In this document: piece after piece, positions 1 to 13,404 of the stretch | Layout of the letters: each line of letters begins with the position of its first letter | Position numbering within the stretch: position 1 is the stretch's first letter | NCBI RefSeq assembly: GCF_030144855.1 | Contig: NC_082730.1 | Location: 20,026,001-20,090,000 of the forward strand | Source: Hypanus sabinus | Taxonomy: Eukaryota | Length of the DNA stretch: 64,000 nt | Direction: 5' to 3' | The notes under the pieces: model-generated | What the model was told of the DNA's origin: nothing | The model's input: only the letters and a program-made list of their open reading frames with translations | The model's database searches: none | Program-made: the position numbers and the translations under genes

Positions 1-358
1 GGTGAACCAGCCTGGCCATTCTCCTCTCACCTTTCTCATTAAGAATGTGTTTTTGGCCACGGAACTACCGCTCACTGGATATTTTTTTGTTTCTCGCACT
101 ATCCTCCGTAAACTCTGGAGACTGCTGTGCATGAAAATCCCAGGAGATCAGCAGTTTCTGAAATACTCAACCACCCACTCCATGGTTAAAGTCACCAGTC
201 TCATTTCATCCCCATTCTGATGTCTGGTCTAAACAAAAAAAAAACAACCTCTTGATCAAAATCTGCAAACTTTTATACATTGAGTTGCTCCCACATGATT
301 GGCTGATGATACATTTGGATTAACGAGTATGTGTACCCAATAAAATGGCCACTGAGTG
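1..358 (-). mobile_element. Tc1-like DNA transposon, deletion derivative (partial)
   Basis: Homologous to 37750-38118; ends in TIR ...gtacccaataaaatggccactgagtg. Confidence 0.8.
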
Positions 359-1971
359 TTGAGAGAAGAAGCTGCTCGCCATATCAAGCAATTTAAATGC
401 AAGCCACTGATTTTAGATCAACAGTAAAACAAACATCAAAAACAAAATCCACGTGCAAGGTTCAGCATTCACACTGGGAGGCAAATGAAATGCATTCACC
501 ACACGTTTGGAATTCACTGGTTCAGAACTTTATTAAATTAGAACTTGCAGTTCGGCAGCACTCTCAAACGCAGATCTGCCAATGAGGCAAAGCAGGAGGT
601 TTTGGCAAGGCTGAAGGTAGCTTTAGGAAAATCTTCCCAGTGGAGAGGCAGAGAAATTTAGCCTGCAAAAGCTGGCGGTGGTCAAGGAAAGGGGGTTGCC
701 AAATGCACAGATGAACACAGGTTGAAGGCTTGCACTACATCACTGAACTCTGGAAGAGATATTGGTGGGGGGGGGGGGGGGAGAGAGAGAGAATGGCTGG
801 GACGGTGTAAAAACTGTGCATGTTGACAGTGTAAAGATGCACTGCTCCTAATGTAGGATCAGCGTACAGGATATGTCTATTCACAGTGTCAAAGTGAAAT
901 TACACTTCCTACTGAAGTTGCCCAGTGGAAGAAAGTTGGCAATCCTGACAGATAAACATTTAATCCTTATCGATAGACGTAATATAAACTTTAGCAGTTT
1001 CATGGTCAGTAAAGGTCAACTAACTGGATTGTGAGTGGTTATTAATGCACATGATCAGGCACTGAATTATTTTCCTAGTCGTATTGTACAATACCAGTCC
1101 ATGGATGGCAGTACGAGAAGAGTGCAGGACCCTGAATATACAATCATTGAAGCTTTCCAGCCTGTGGGTTTGAGGAAAGTTCTCCACTGGTCATCAAGTT
1201 CACTAAATCTGAAACTTTAACTCTGTTTCTCCTTCCACTGATGCCGCCCGATCTGCTGAGCGCTTCTGGCAATTTCTGCTTTTAAACCAGATCTGAGCCT
1301 CTGTACTTTTTTGGCTTCTCTGTTACTGAAGACAAAACCGGTCAGGCACAAAAAGACTCAGACAACTGCAGAGAGGAAGGGCAAAAAAGAATAGAGAACT
1401 TTCTGAGTCAACAGAGACAGCGATGGTTTGTCCTGGATGTTATCGTCAACAAATCTAAAAGGCCACTCCTTTTCTTTGAAACCTTTATTTACCTGGCCAC
1501 ACATTGGCTAATGGAACTCCCTCGCTTTCAGGGAAATCATGGGAGGCGATCTTATGGAACACAAGAGAGCAAGCCCTGCCCTAGAGGTACCCTCATTTTT
1601 CAAGATTATTTATTATCATCCTTCAACTCGTGTGTAAAGGAGAATAAAATGATTGTTACTCTAGATCTAATGCAGTATAAAAAACACAATAAGCATAAAG
1701 AACACAATATATAAAGCAATCATATAGCATGTAAACGTGCAATTAACTGCTGTACACATAGACTAACTGTACGCAGATGAAGTGATGTTGGGTAATGTGG
1801 TGGACTGGTTTAATGGGTGAAGGTATTGATGGTTTGAGGGAAGTAACTATTTGAACCTAGTGGTCCTGGTGTGGATGCGCCCTAGCCCCTTCCCTGAAGG
1901 GAGTGGGTCAAACAGTCCACAAGCAGCGTGGGTAGGATCCTTCATAATATGGCGGGCCTTTTCTCCGGCAC

Positions 1972-2285
1972 CTTGCTTTACATTCGTCTTTGGCACCCTT
2001 GTAACGTCAGAAACATGGCTGCCAGTTTGTGAGCAGCAGGCTCCTACAAAGAACGATAATAAGTAAAGAAAGCTGCTTTTTTTTTTGGAGGAGGGTATTG
2101 GCGAGAGTAGTGGGTTGAACTCACTTGCTCCACTTCCGAACAGTGAGACGATGGAATGTTTTACATGCAGCCAAGAAAAGCACTTAATACGCTTGTACTA
2201 CGAGGCTTAATACCTCATGTGATGGGCCGTACCTCTGGGGAGGCAGCACCTCTTCAGAACTTCCCCGTAGCACAAGCCTAGCGCC
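1972..2285 (-). mobile_element. DeuSINE remnant
   Basis: Degenerate similarity to 4960-5295. Further remnants near 17480-17700, 41995-42200 and 50440-50720. Confidence 0.55.
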
Positions 2286-3329
2286 TTCTACACTTCCTAC
2301 ATCACGGTGGCCAACCGCAATGACTCAGTGGCCAGTAGAGAGTTCCAGCACATCTTGAACTCGCTGGAAGTCACCATGACCATGCAAGGTCCCAGTCCGT
2401 GATCACACTTTGGAGATTTAGCCATTGGTGCTGGAGACCCATCATCTTCGAAAAGGCCACAAACCAGCACCTTAACACAGGAGGTACTGCAGATGCTGGA
2501 AACCTTGGGCAGTGCACACAAACTGCTGGAGGAATGTAGCTAATCAGGCAGCATCTACAGAAGGGAATAAATATGGATTTTTTTTTTCTCTCCCGTAGAT
2601 GTACGGGAATAAACTTCCGTCTACAAGTGCAACTTCTGTAGATGCCTGACCTGCCAAGTTCCTCCAGCCGCTGGGTGTCATCTGAAGGAGAAAGGAGGCA
2701 GGTCGAGAGAACAAATTCAAAATCCCCAAGAAACCACAAGCAAGCGAAGGTTTGTTTATGACAAGGAGCAGACAGCACAGGAAGAGGACATTACCCAAAT
2801 AAGTGGAAACTTTCCTCATTTCCATCCAATGAAGTCATGGCAATAACGGGATTTCAACGTGATTGGAGGGATAAATGGTTAATGGAATGCACACTAGCGA
2901 GAAAGAATGTGAAAATTCACAAAACACTCCAACCTTGGAGAAGGTCAGCAATTTCCTTTTGGCCAGGCTTTTGTTAAAACAGCAAACAAACATTAGGTTT
3001 GTGGAATTTCCCCTTACAGGCAGCAAGGGAACGAGAGAAAGAAGGAAAAGGCTCAAGTTTCGATCTTGTGCCAGGCCCATTCCCTCATTACAACAACATA
3101 GAGCACTCAGCACTACAAGGAAATGCAATATGGGGCACTTTCTTATAGTGGCTTGTCACGATACAGCTGACTCAGTAACAGCCAGAACACACATCAATCA
3201 CTGTCATCTTTTAATTGTTTCATGGCCTTATCAAGTGGGCAAGCATTATAAAGAGTGCTGCAGCATCTGTTCAATGTTTTGTTTTAAAAAAACCACTCTT
3301 TTCTCTCCCTGCAAGATGCATTTTGGGAT

Positions 3330-3812
3330 AGGGCCTTGGATCTAAGGGTGGGTGTGCTGGCACAGGAGACGGTCCAAAGGCGGTTTACACGAGTGCTCCC
3401 AGAAATGAAAGGCCCAACGTACAATGAGTGTTTGATGGCTCTGGGCCTGCGTGGATGGGTGAAAAAACCTCATTGAATCCTACCGATACTTGAAGGTTTT
3501 AAAGGCGTGGGTGTGGTGAGGATCCCCCATGAGAGGGAGAGTCTAGGATATGAACTTTAAAGCTTCCCTTTAAAATTGAGGTGAGGAGGAATTTCTTCAG
3601 CCGGAGGGTGGCAAGCCTATGAAATGTGTTGCCACAGGGGCCTGTGGACATTGGATGCACTGAAGACAGAAATTGATTAATTGTTGATTGGTAAAAGGGT
3701 TAAGAGTTATGAGGAGAAGGTGGGTGAATGGGGGTTAAAAATATTCAAAATTTAATAGCAGAGTAGACTGAATGGGCCAAACGGCCTAACTCTGCTGCTA
3801 TATCTTATGGTC
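3330..3812 (+). mobile_element. CR1 3' fragment
   Basis: Homologous to 10040-10630; tail ...cctaactctgctgctatatcttatggtc. Confidence 0.75.
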
Positions 3813-4959
3813 CCTGGTTTTGTATCTGACCCAGAGCCATGCAGCAACTGAGCAGAGACCTGGGGCTGACCTGAGGCTTAGATTCTCATCTCCACAGGGA
3901 AACGTAGAGACCCACTCTCTCCCAGGTCTTTAAACTTGAACTTGTCTACATGCATGCCTGCTAGCAGGAGGACCATGGGAGGTTGGGGCCAGTCAAATAG
4001 AAGGTGCCGAGCAAGCTCACCGCCTGTGCCTGGGTCACCGGCGCGAGAGGGACAGACAATTCAGCAAAGACCAGGGGCTTGCGCCGGCTCTCTGGGGAGC
4101 TGTGCAACAGAAGGTGACACCACCCCTCACGTTTCACAACGGCACGGCGCAGGGACAAGCGAGGAGCTGACCCTGCAAATGTACAAGTGTCACCACAAGC
4201 ATTTCCAATGGCTCCCATGATGAGAGCTATTTGTTAAAGAGACTTGAGAGGCACTTCATAAATCAAGCCATGCTGTGTGCTTTACAACCCATTTAAAAGC
4301 TTAAAAAAAACCCCCCATACAACATTTTTATTCAAAGATCAAGGATGGGAAGGCTGCCAGAGGAGTTATTGGAAGTATTGGAGACAGCTGCACACTTTAC
4401 ACAAACCAGATCCATCTCCCCCATGGACTATTGCTCACGCACACGCAGACCGTCTAAGATTACAGGTGAACTCTGAGCAGCCAATGAGCTCTGCAGTCAG
4501 CAGGCATTTTGGTTGCAGCCGCCGTTTTTGGGAGGGATTGAGTTGAGGGTGTGGGGAACAAGCGGCCTGTTTTCTCTCAGCTTGCGCCACCTTACCTACT
4601 GAAGGCACTGGGTCCTGGAGTTGGGGGAGAGCAGTGTGGGAGGGAGGAGTGGAGAAGATATCGCAATGTGCCATGGATGGGCACTGGGCTCATGTCAGGA
4701 TGTATAACCCTTCCAAATACACCAGCTACTGACTGATGCTCGCAATCCGAGATCACACACAAAGAAAGGCCTGTATTTTGGAGGAGCATTCACACAGGCC
4801 AGACTGAACATCCCCCTTTACGGTTAGGGAGATTGTCAAGCTTGACAGCCCACCCCCATCCCTTCCCACCTCAATGTAGGAATAGGACTCCAGCAAACCA
4901 GAACCAGAAGGGGGAATTTGAAACAGACATTAGGCCCATTGTTGGTGAAAGGTCAGGGA

Positions 4960-5295
4960 CCTGCATTTCAATTTTTCTTTTCACAACTTCACTATGTCTC
5001 AAAGAACTTCACAGCCAATTAAGCACTTTGTGTGTAGTCACTGCTGTGACGTAGGAAACGTGGCAGACAGTTTGTGCGCAAGAAAATTCCAAATACAGGA
5101 ATGTTTTCGCGACCAGATAATCTGTTTATAGATGCTCATTGAGGTATGAATATTGGCCAGGACACTGGGGAGAACTTGCCCGATCTTCGAAATAATGCCA
5201 CAGCAATCTTTTGTATCTAACATAGAGAGCAGATGTTTCCAGTTAGCAGCCCATCTGAAAGATATCTGAAGAGACAACAACTTCTGCAGATGCAG
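4960..5295 (-). mobile_element. DeuSINE (SacSINE1-like)
   Basis: Deu-domain-like aatattggccaggacactggggagaacttgcccgatcttcgaaataatgcca plus an L2-type tail; homologous to 55450-55742. Confidence 0.75.
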
Positions 5296-5611
5296 GAGAA
5301 AGCAACCCTCAGTTGTCTCAACCAATCATCATCTTAAGTCAGTTCCTTAGGATCAGCAGCAACTTACTTCCAACCCAACAGAGGTGACTGGAATGTGTCA
5401 GTGCATTAATTCCTTTACAGCATAGCCTATCAAACTTAGGCAACAATCCTTCCAGACGACCATCTTAAGCAACCAATTTACCCAAGAAAATTAGGCACAA
5501 TTTAACCCGAAGTTATTTAAATTGTATTGTGATGGAAAATGTCATTAATGGAACTCCTGAAGCTTCCATTAATGAGACCACACAAGACACAAATCTCAAA
5601 CCCAGGCCTAC

Positions 5612-5732
5612 CTTCATAGATGTTAATGATGTGTGGGTGATTGAGCGATGACATTATCTCAATTTCCCTGCGGATGTGAACCAGGTCCTGTTCATCCTTG
5701 ATCTTGTCTTTGCGGATTGACTTAATGGCCAC
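5612..5732 (-). CDS. NUAK2: NUAK2 coding exon 2 (121 nt)
   Basis: Encodes [40 protein letters not shown] (VAIK lysine, alphaC glutamate). Acceptor ttcttattcctgcag, phase-1 donor G|GTAGGC; in frame with exon 1. Confidence 0.95.
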
Positions 5733-5889
5733 CTGCAGGAATAAGAAACAGACTCCTTTAAAACCAACTGAGTAACAATGAACTTCTGCTATTTCAAAAC
5801 CATGGCTAGATCCTTCCTTGGATTTGAAGTACATTTATTAGCAAAACGCCAAATACTACCCTGAGGTTGATTTTCTGCACCTCTGGTAA

Positions 5890-6348
5890 AGGGGCCATCC
5901 TGGGTTAGCTGACTTCCTTTAGTCACTCAGACACTCAGCTCTTATCCGTGGTTCCAAGTAGCTGTTTGCATGCTGCAGGGGTCACACCCTGGCACTCTGC
6001 TTTGACAGAGTGGTCAAACCAGATGAGGGTAAACAGGGGCCCTGTCCTAGCATGCAAAATCAGCCCTGGCAGACTGAGTGGATAGGATCAACAGTGCGAT
6101 CCCACAGCCACGAGGGCAATTCTGCAGTGCTTTGTGGGGAGCGAAGGGTATGACAAGGCACAGTCGTAGTCATGGTCACACTGGGAGACCCAAGGGAGAC
6201 CCCAGTTCTGGCAATTCCTCATACCACTGGACCCCGGACTTCCAAGGTCAAGAGAGTGGAACTGCACCAAGTGCTTTTCCACTTTAAAAACTTTTCTGCA
6301 CAGGTTTCTCTGTTGCCTTCAGATATGATGGAAAACCAATCATACATC
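5890..6348 (+). mobile_element. probable RTE-type SINE/non-autonomous element
   Basis: Interspersed-repeat-like block with tail gatatgatggaaaaccaatcatacatc; family by recall only. Confidence 0.4.
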
Positions 6349-7224
6349 AGCTATCTAAGCTCCAGGACAAGCTCATTAAACTCCTCCTCTTCTTTTGTCA
6401 AATTTACCAAAACTTATTGACAGGCTTTTTACTGCATCTCAGTACATTATGTGGTAATAAACCAAACAGCTCTTCTTCTTGAAGTCACACCTACTCCTTG
6501 AGCAGGATACTAATCTTCTGCAAACATTGGGGAGTGCCCTTGATAACAAGAGCTCTCAGTCGGTTGCAAGCGATCAGGGTCTTCACTTCCGCCAACTGCA
6601 GTCCACTGTGCATCTTCAGAAATGGATGCAGCCACAAGACCAGAGGTGGTAATGGCGGAGGTGTGGCTCGGGCTCAGTAGAATCTGGACATCTGTAATAG
6701 TGTTATGCTAGCCACTATACCACTGTTTAAGCGAAGTGAACAGCTATTGGGCAATTTAAAATTTATTAGTACAGTTTACTGTTGGCAGGGTAGCTGTAAC
6801 ATCTGAAATTAAAACAAAAAGTGCTGGAACTGCTCAACAGGTTGGACAGCATCTGCAGAAAGCAAAACAGTTAACATTTCAGGTCAAAGTCCCTAAGCCA
6901 ACAACTCAATTGTGAAGGCAGCACAAGAAGTGAATCAAGGTATAGGAATCTGAGAAATAAGACAACCAGTTCCTGGAGTGGGAATATAAACACTGACCTT
7001 GACTGTCAACAGAACCAGCCCTCACCGGAGGAGCTTTACTTGCCCTCCCTGTGACAGGTGCTCTGTGACTCAATTCCAGTACTGTAGCTTTTACTGAGTA
7101 CTTCTTGTTAAAGATCACTCCTACTACAGAAAGGCTGCTTGTTGTTTACCAAGCTGTATTTCTGAGTCCGTGCGCATTGCCGAGTCTCCACATTCGTTCT
7201 CAGCAGCAGAAAAGCAGGGTAGAT

Positions 7225-7780
7225 ATGGGATTCAGACTCCCAAAGTAGTTCCAGTATCTGGGCCAAGTCAAAGCTAAACCTACCATCATGTACAGACACA
7301 AGGACACCTATACATAGGTGCAACCAAAAAGAAACTTACTTGCTGCTACATTACAGGAACACAACATCACGACAACAAAAAAAGCATACACACAATTTTT
7401 ACCAAACACAATCAGAACAAAAAAAAGGTCAATTTTAGTGCAAAGTGATCAAAACAGCATGTTGATGCTAAACTGCAATGATTAGGGTTTGGCCAGTTGG
7501 TTCAAGAACTGAATGGTTGAAGGGAAGTAGCTGCTCTTGAACCCGTTGGTGTGGGACTTCCCGCTTCTGTACCTCATGTCTGATGGTAGTTGTGAGAAGG
7601 TGGCAGAGCCTGGGTGGTGGGGATCTTTGACGACAGACTTTGCTTTCCTGAGGCAATGCCTCCTGCGGATACTGCTAATGGTAGGTAGCAACATGCCTGT
7701 GATCTGTTGGGCCTAGTATACTACTCTCTGTAGCTTACGTTCCTGTGCAATCGAGTTGCCATACCAGACCAAGATTAGTC
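7225..7780 (-). mobile_element. Rex1/Babar LINE 3' fragment
   Basis: Encodes CLRKAKSVVKDPHHPGSATFSQLPSDMRYRS...FKSSYFPSTIQFLN, the Rex-Babar RT C-terminus. Confidence 0.8.
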
Positions 7781-8929
7781 TTCCCTTCTGCCATCAGATC
7801 TCATAAACAAGACCTATTCTGCTCTTTACACACTAATTTCCTTTTTCCTCAAAAATATGCTCTCATTGTAACTTATGCTAATTTTTGTGATTGCATTGTA
7901 CTGCTGCTGCAAAAACAAATTTCACAATGTATGTCAGTGATAATGAGCCCAATTCTGGTTCAACCAGTCAGGATGCCAAGTACCAATAAATTAAGAAAAT
8001 GACAGTAACACTACTGTTCAGGCAACAGAGAAGGACAGAGTCACTTCAGGCTTCATCAGAACTCAGAAGATCGTCCACATGAAAAGTTTAATCAATTTCT
8101 CTCTCCGCAGATATTGTTGCACCTGCTAATATTTGACTTCCAGTGTCCAGCATCTGAATCTCTTTTGTATTTTCTAATCTCCCCAATTGTGAAGCAGCGC
8201 ACCGCAGAGCTTCAAGGGGACATTATCAAATGGAATTTGATACTCCCACCATTGGGCAGGTGATCAAAGGCATGGCTGGGGGGGGGGGGTGGGGGGTGAA
8301 ATCTGGCGTGGGAGTGCTCTGGTCAGAAAGATTCAGCTGGGAATTTCAGAGCCGAGGCTCAGCAGCTGAAGTCACAGCAACACATGGTGGAGCAATAAAA
8401 ATCAGAGATGACTCAGGAGATAGAAACGCAGAGGTCGGGGCACTGGATGAAGATACAGAGATAATTAATAAGTGCTGGTTAAGTAAGAGAACACAGAAAA
8501 AGAATTTTTAAAAAAGTACAATTTATTGATGTCCAGGAAGAACAGATAGGGAGAAGAGCAGTGAAATTGATAGGCAGACTGTGAAGGGGTCTATACAATT
8601 GGCAAGAAAAAATGATGATCTACTCAAAACTGAAGGCCGGGTAAACAGATCACAACCGCTCTAACCTGTAGTTATGACCTCTCTGCTGAGGCCAAGTGTT
8701 TTAAGTGGGGAGTCATTATATATCCTAGGGATATTTTCCACAATCAGCAAATTAATTTTGGTGCTTCATTTCTCGACCTTTTAAGAAGTCAACTAAGTGG
8801 GGCTTGTTTTGACAGGGCACCGGGCCCATTTCTTTTCCAACCTTTCGACTTGGGGTCAAGCTAGATAACAGCCAGGAGGTAAGGAATTCCTAGGGAGTGC
8901 TGCAGTGTCAAGAGGAACTGTCTCTATTT

Positions 8930-9225
8930 AGCTCTATTTGCTATAAGTATATCGAAACCTACAGTGAAATGTACTATTTGCATCAACGATGAACACAGTC
9001 TGAGGACATGCTGGGGGCAGCCAGCAATAACCCCTAGGCTTCTGGCGCCAACTTAGCGTGCCCACAACTTACTAGCATATACACCTTTGCTATGCCGGAG
9101 CACCCAGAGGAAACCCCTGCAGTCATGGGGGAGAACATACAAACTCCTTACAGACAGCAGCAAAAATTGAACCCCCCAGTCACTAGCGCCAGAGAGTGCT
9201 GTGTTAACAGCTGCACTACCGCAGT
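8930..9225 (-). mobile_element. V-SINE subfamily copy nested in a DeuSINE remnant
   Basis: ccggagcacccagaggaaaccc...aaactccttacagacagc; DeuSINE-like pieces on both sides. Confidence 0.65.
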
Positions 9226-9684
9226 CAATAATTACACTTCAATCCACATTGCATGAAGAGATTTTCAAAAATGGAGTATGTGGGAGCTTGCTATACGCAA
9301 AGTAATTGTTTCGTATTCTCTACATCTGCAAAATCAATAGCTACTTAAACGAACACAAGGGGCCTCTGGACACATTGGGCCTTTCCAGACTGGGAGCTTT
9401 AGAATGCTGACGTTCCTGATAGAGACCGATGTGAAAAATGTTAGAATGCAGGGCTCTTTCATACACTGGCACACTTCACAAATCCCAGGACACTGAACCC
9501 AGGGGAATCTCTTGTCCCTCAGCTTCAGAATTTAGAAGTTTAAAAAAAAATCGGGTTCTGTACATTTGACCCAAACTGACAGCCCATCAGGCTATCTCTG
9601 GCAAAGCCATCTCTGCATCTGTCTGAGGTCACAGGCTATTATGCAAAACTTTTTTATTGGAGCTTATCAGGGTGGAAACTTAGG

Positions 9685-9698
9685 GCGGGAATTCCCGC
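9685..9698. promoter_or_regulatory. candidate NF-kB site
   Basis: Perfect palindrome GCGGGAATTCCCGC containing GGGAATTCCC. Confidence 0.45.
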
Positions 9699-10039
9699 AG
9701 AACAAACAGGTCTCCTGGGAAAGGACCAGGGACTGCAGTGATCCTGAAACCACACACTAAACAAAACCTAATTCAACACCATTGATCCTGGTCACCTTGA
9801 CAACAGAGGGAGGAAGGCATCTGGAATGGCGATTAGAGTTTGGCACAAATCCGTGACGCCCTTTTACATGAAGCCAGTCAGCTGGGTTGCTTTCGCTTGA
9901 AGAGATTCAATGTAAATAGACACAGGTCTGTCAGTCGGCCTACGTTCAGCCAAATGACTGACATGTGACTTTTTCCACCAAGAGTCCGTCTCCGGTGGTG
10001 ACAGAACAGCTTGCATTTTCCACCTTTGTATTCCTAGAA

Positions 10040-10630
10040 TATAAAAACAAGGCTTCATAAGGCATTGGTTAGACCGCACGAGGAATACTGTGAGCAGTTT
10101 TGGGCCCCTTATCTAAGAAAGGATGTGTTAGTGTTGGAGATGGTCTAGAGGTGGTTCACGAGAATGATCCTGGGAATAAAAGGGTTAAAGTATGAGGAAA
10201 ATTTTGTGGCTCTGGGAGTATATTCATTGAGTTTAGAAGAATAAGGGGGAATGGATCTCCTGAAACCTGTTGAACATTGTAAAGCCTAGATAGAGTGGTG
10301 TAGAGGTGGAGATTATGTTTCCTACAGTAGGATCAGAGGGCTCAGCCTCAGAATAGAAGGAAGTCCCTTTAGAACAAAGATGAGAAGGAATTTCCTTAGC
10401 CAGAGGGTAGTGAATTGGTGGAATTCATTGCCACAGGCAGTTGTGGAGGCCAAGTCACTGGGTATATTTAGTTGGAGGTTCATAGGTTCTTGATTAGTAA
10501 AGGAGTTCAAGGTTATGAGGAAAAGACAGAAGAATGGGGATGAAAGGGATAATATAATCAGTCATGTTGGAATGGGAGAGTAGACGCGATAGGCTGAATA
10601 GCCTAATTCTGCTCCTATGTCTTATGGTCT
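10040..10630 (+). mobile_element. CR1 3' fragment
   Basis: Encodes [15 protein letters not shown]...; tail aattctgctcctatgtcttatggtct. Confidence 0.85.
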
Positions 10631-11507
10631 TCATTCCTCAGCACTTCACAGATGTAGTTATTAAACAAAGCCTTGCCATACATTGGGCAAGATGACCAAA
10701 AATCCAGAGGAAGAGGTAGGTTTCAAGGACCCTCTGCAAGGAAGGCAGGTAGAGCTGCAAGGTTTTGAGAAAGAAATGCCAGAGGTTAAATCCTAGGTTG
10801 GTACGTTCATGGCAAGCTATGGTGGAGTGACCAACACCAGAAGTACATCAGAACTGAAGGACAGCAAGGATGGAGGGAGTGATGAAGGTAGCAAAGGGAA
10901 TAGGAAACTGGAGATTTGAGACAGTTGATAAAATCTGACCAAGGGTCCCGGCCTTAAACATTGACTGTTTATTCCTTTTAATAGATGCCACCTGACCTGC
11001 TGAGTTCCTACAGCATTGTGTGTGCGTGTTGCTCTGGATTTCCGGCATCTGCAGAACCTCTTGTGTTTCTGATAAAAATTATAGATTAGATTACACCAGG
11101 GTGCGATGAATTTCCTTGTTCACGTGAAGCTCACAGAGTAAACATGGCTGCAATCAGTATAGCAAGTCCGGAGCAGCGCGAGTTAGTGAATATGGGGGCA
11201 GTGGGTGAAAACTGGTCAGAGGAACCTGCCAAGTATCACACAGCAGGACTCGCTGACAGATTAAGACCGAGTACAGACGAATGTGCAAAAGCATAATGAT
11301 AATTTAAAAAGGAACGGTGAAAGTTGGAAATACCAGGCATTGGTGAAGATGAAGTTTGATATTACTTTGCCCTTTTCCTTACAGGCCAAATTATCCCAGC
11401 AGCATCAATCAGGTTTACGATCACAGACAGTTCGTGAAGTTTGTTGTTTTGTGGCAACAGTACAGCAAAATACTACAGTAAAATGTATTATAAATTGCAA
11501 TAAAAAA

Positions 11508-12306
11508 TAGTGGATTTCAGTTAATTGGGACACATCAGGACCAGTACATTCTGGCCCAATTAAATGGCTTCCCTATATTTCACGGAAATCGTTGAAAATA
11601 GATATTATAAAAAAGACAAACGTCATTTAACGAAGTAACAAATAATGCATTTAAATAAAATACAGAACAAATTAGAACACTACCAATGCTATTACAGTAC
11701 TATAACACTGTATTAGTTCCTGATAGTTATTGACAGAGGAATTCATCCAGTACACACTGCTTGTTCTTTTGATTGACTGTAAATGAACAAAATCACGGAG
11801 ACTCCTAGTGCAGATAATGGACTGCCTTTGACCAATACATCCTCCAAATATTCATTTTCATTGTAACTTGCAAAATGACCTTCAAATTCTTCACAGACAT
11901 TAACTTGCTGAAATAGCAGAATTATTTCATTTTACACTCCTGGCCGTTTCCGGTATCTCCATGCCTGAATGGTTGAAATTACAGTCAGCAAAACTGTTCT
12001 GAATTATCTTACCACTTATTTCTCGCCAACTATTGGTGACAAAAATCACTGCTCTCTGAACACACACAACTGATACTATGTAAAAACGATTCCCTCTAAG
12101 CATGGAGTAGGATCTAATGATCACAAAAGTACACGTGACTGACACTAGTTAGAAAGTGTTCTGCACATTTCCTGTTCCAATTAAGTAGCATAGCACCCCA
12201 AATAAGTGAAGGGAATTTCACTATTTTCTGGATTTTTTTTTAAAAAAAGAGTTGCCCAAATAAGCAACACAATTAACACTGGCCCAATTAACAATTGGAA
12301 TCCACT
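11508..12306. mobile_element. Tigger/pogo-like non-autonomous DNA transposon
   Basis: Inverted termini agtggatttcagttaattggg / cccaattaacaattggaatccact in a TA-rich context; splits a Rex-Babar tail (11400-11507 and 12310-12490). Confidence 0.7.
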
Positions 12307-13144
12307 TTATATATATAAGAAAAAAATTAAATAGAGAACAAAAACAGAGAGGTAGTGTTCATGGGTTCATAGTCCAATCAGAAATTTGATGTAAGAGGGA
12401 AAAAAAACCTGTTCCTGAAATGTTGAGTGTGTCTTCAGGCTCACATACCTCCTCTATAATGGTAGTAAGGAGAAGAGGGCATGCCCTGGGTTTTAATTCT
12501 AAATCCTCTATAGTGTGAAGTGAAGTGGAGATTCTTAGCCAATGTCACTTAACCTAGTTTTGACTGATAAAGTGTGAATCAAAGGAGGCATGGTCACTTC
12601 AAGAGCTGGAACTGGAATCTGGACATTCCTCCCCTACCTACAGCCTTCAATCTTGAATGGCCCTGCCTTAAATCTTTTATCCTGGATCATCCAACCAGCC
12701 TGACAGCATGCCGCTGATCCAGCACCAGACAGTTTAACAACCAAGAAGCAGCTGATATAACAGACTGATCTCCTGATTTCGAGGGACAAGCTTGAATTCA
12801 GCCACAACAACTGGGAACTTAAAAAAAACTTGTGTTTTTTAATGTACCTAAATTTAAATACATTTTAATAAGCTTGTTTAAATTATGTTTTTTTTAATGC
12901 TGCATTGGATTGAGAGTTACAATCATTTTGTTCTCCTTTACACTTGTATACTGAAGAATGACAATAAACAATCTTGAAATTCAAGTCTTCAAACAGTATT
13001 TACTACTAGGATCGGTGACCATGGAACATTTGGGTTGTTATAATATCCCAACAGCTTGACTTGGTGACCCTTTGGGGATGGAAATACAGCAACTTCCAGG
13101 ACTATTCATGATACCCCACTCGTTTTGGCAAAGCAGAATTATCA

Positions 13145-13292
13145 ATTTTTTAACAATTCATTTACGGGATGTGGGCATCACCAGCTATAGCAGCATTTAT
13201 TGCCCAACCCTAGTTGCCCTTGAGTAGGTGGTGATGAGCTGCCTTCTTGAACTGCTTCAGTCTGAGGTGTAGGTTCACCCACAGTGCTGTTT
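13145..13292 (-). mobile_element. old LINE 3' end (CR1/L2 clade)
   Basis: cattta(c)gggatgtgggc...atttattgccc...gccttcttgaac; related pieces at 15410-15512 and 21400-21505. Confidence 0.6.
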
Positions 13293-13404
13293 GGAACATA
13301 GAATATTTGACAGCGTAGGAGACCAGTCAGCTCAATGTGTCTATGTTAGCATAATCCTAAATCACTGGCACTGCAAGTCAAAACTCTTTGAAGGCAATGA
13401 AAAT

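Noticed and set aside
1-5611. Canonical NUAK2 exon 3 (VFEN...MEYAS...)
   Set aside because: No such peptide found by eye or in the ORF track; it presumably lies beyond position 1.
5517-5834. 105-aa ORF as a standalone kinase gene
   Set aside because: Only 5612-5732 is kinase-like and bounded by splice sites; the rest is intron read-through.
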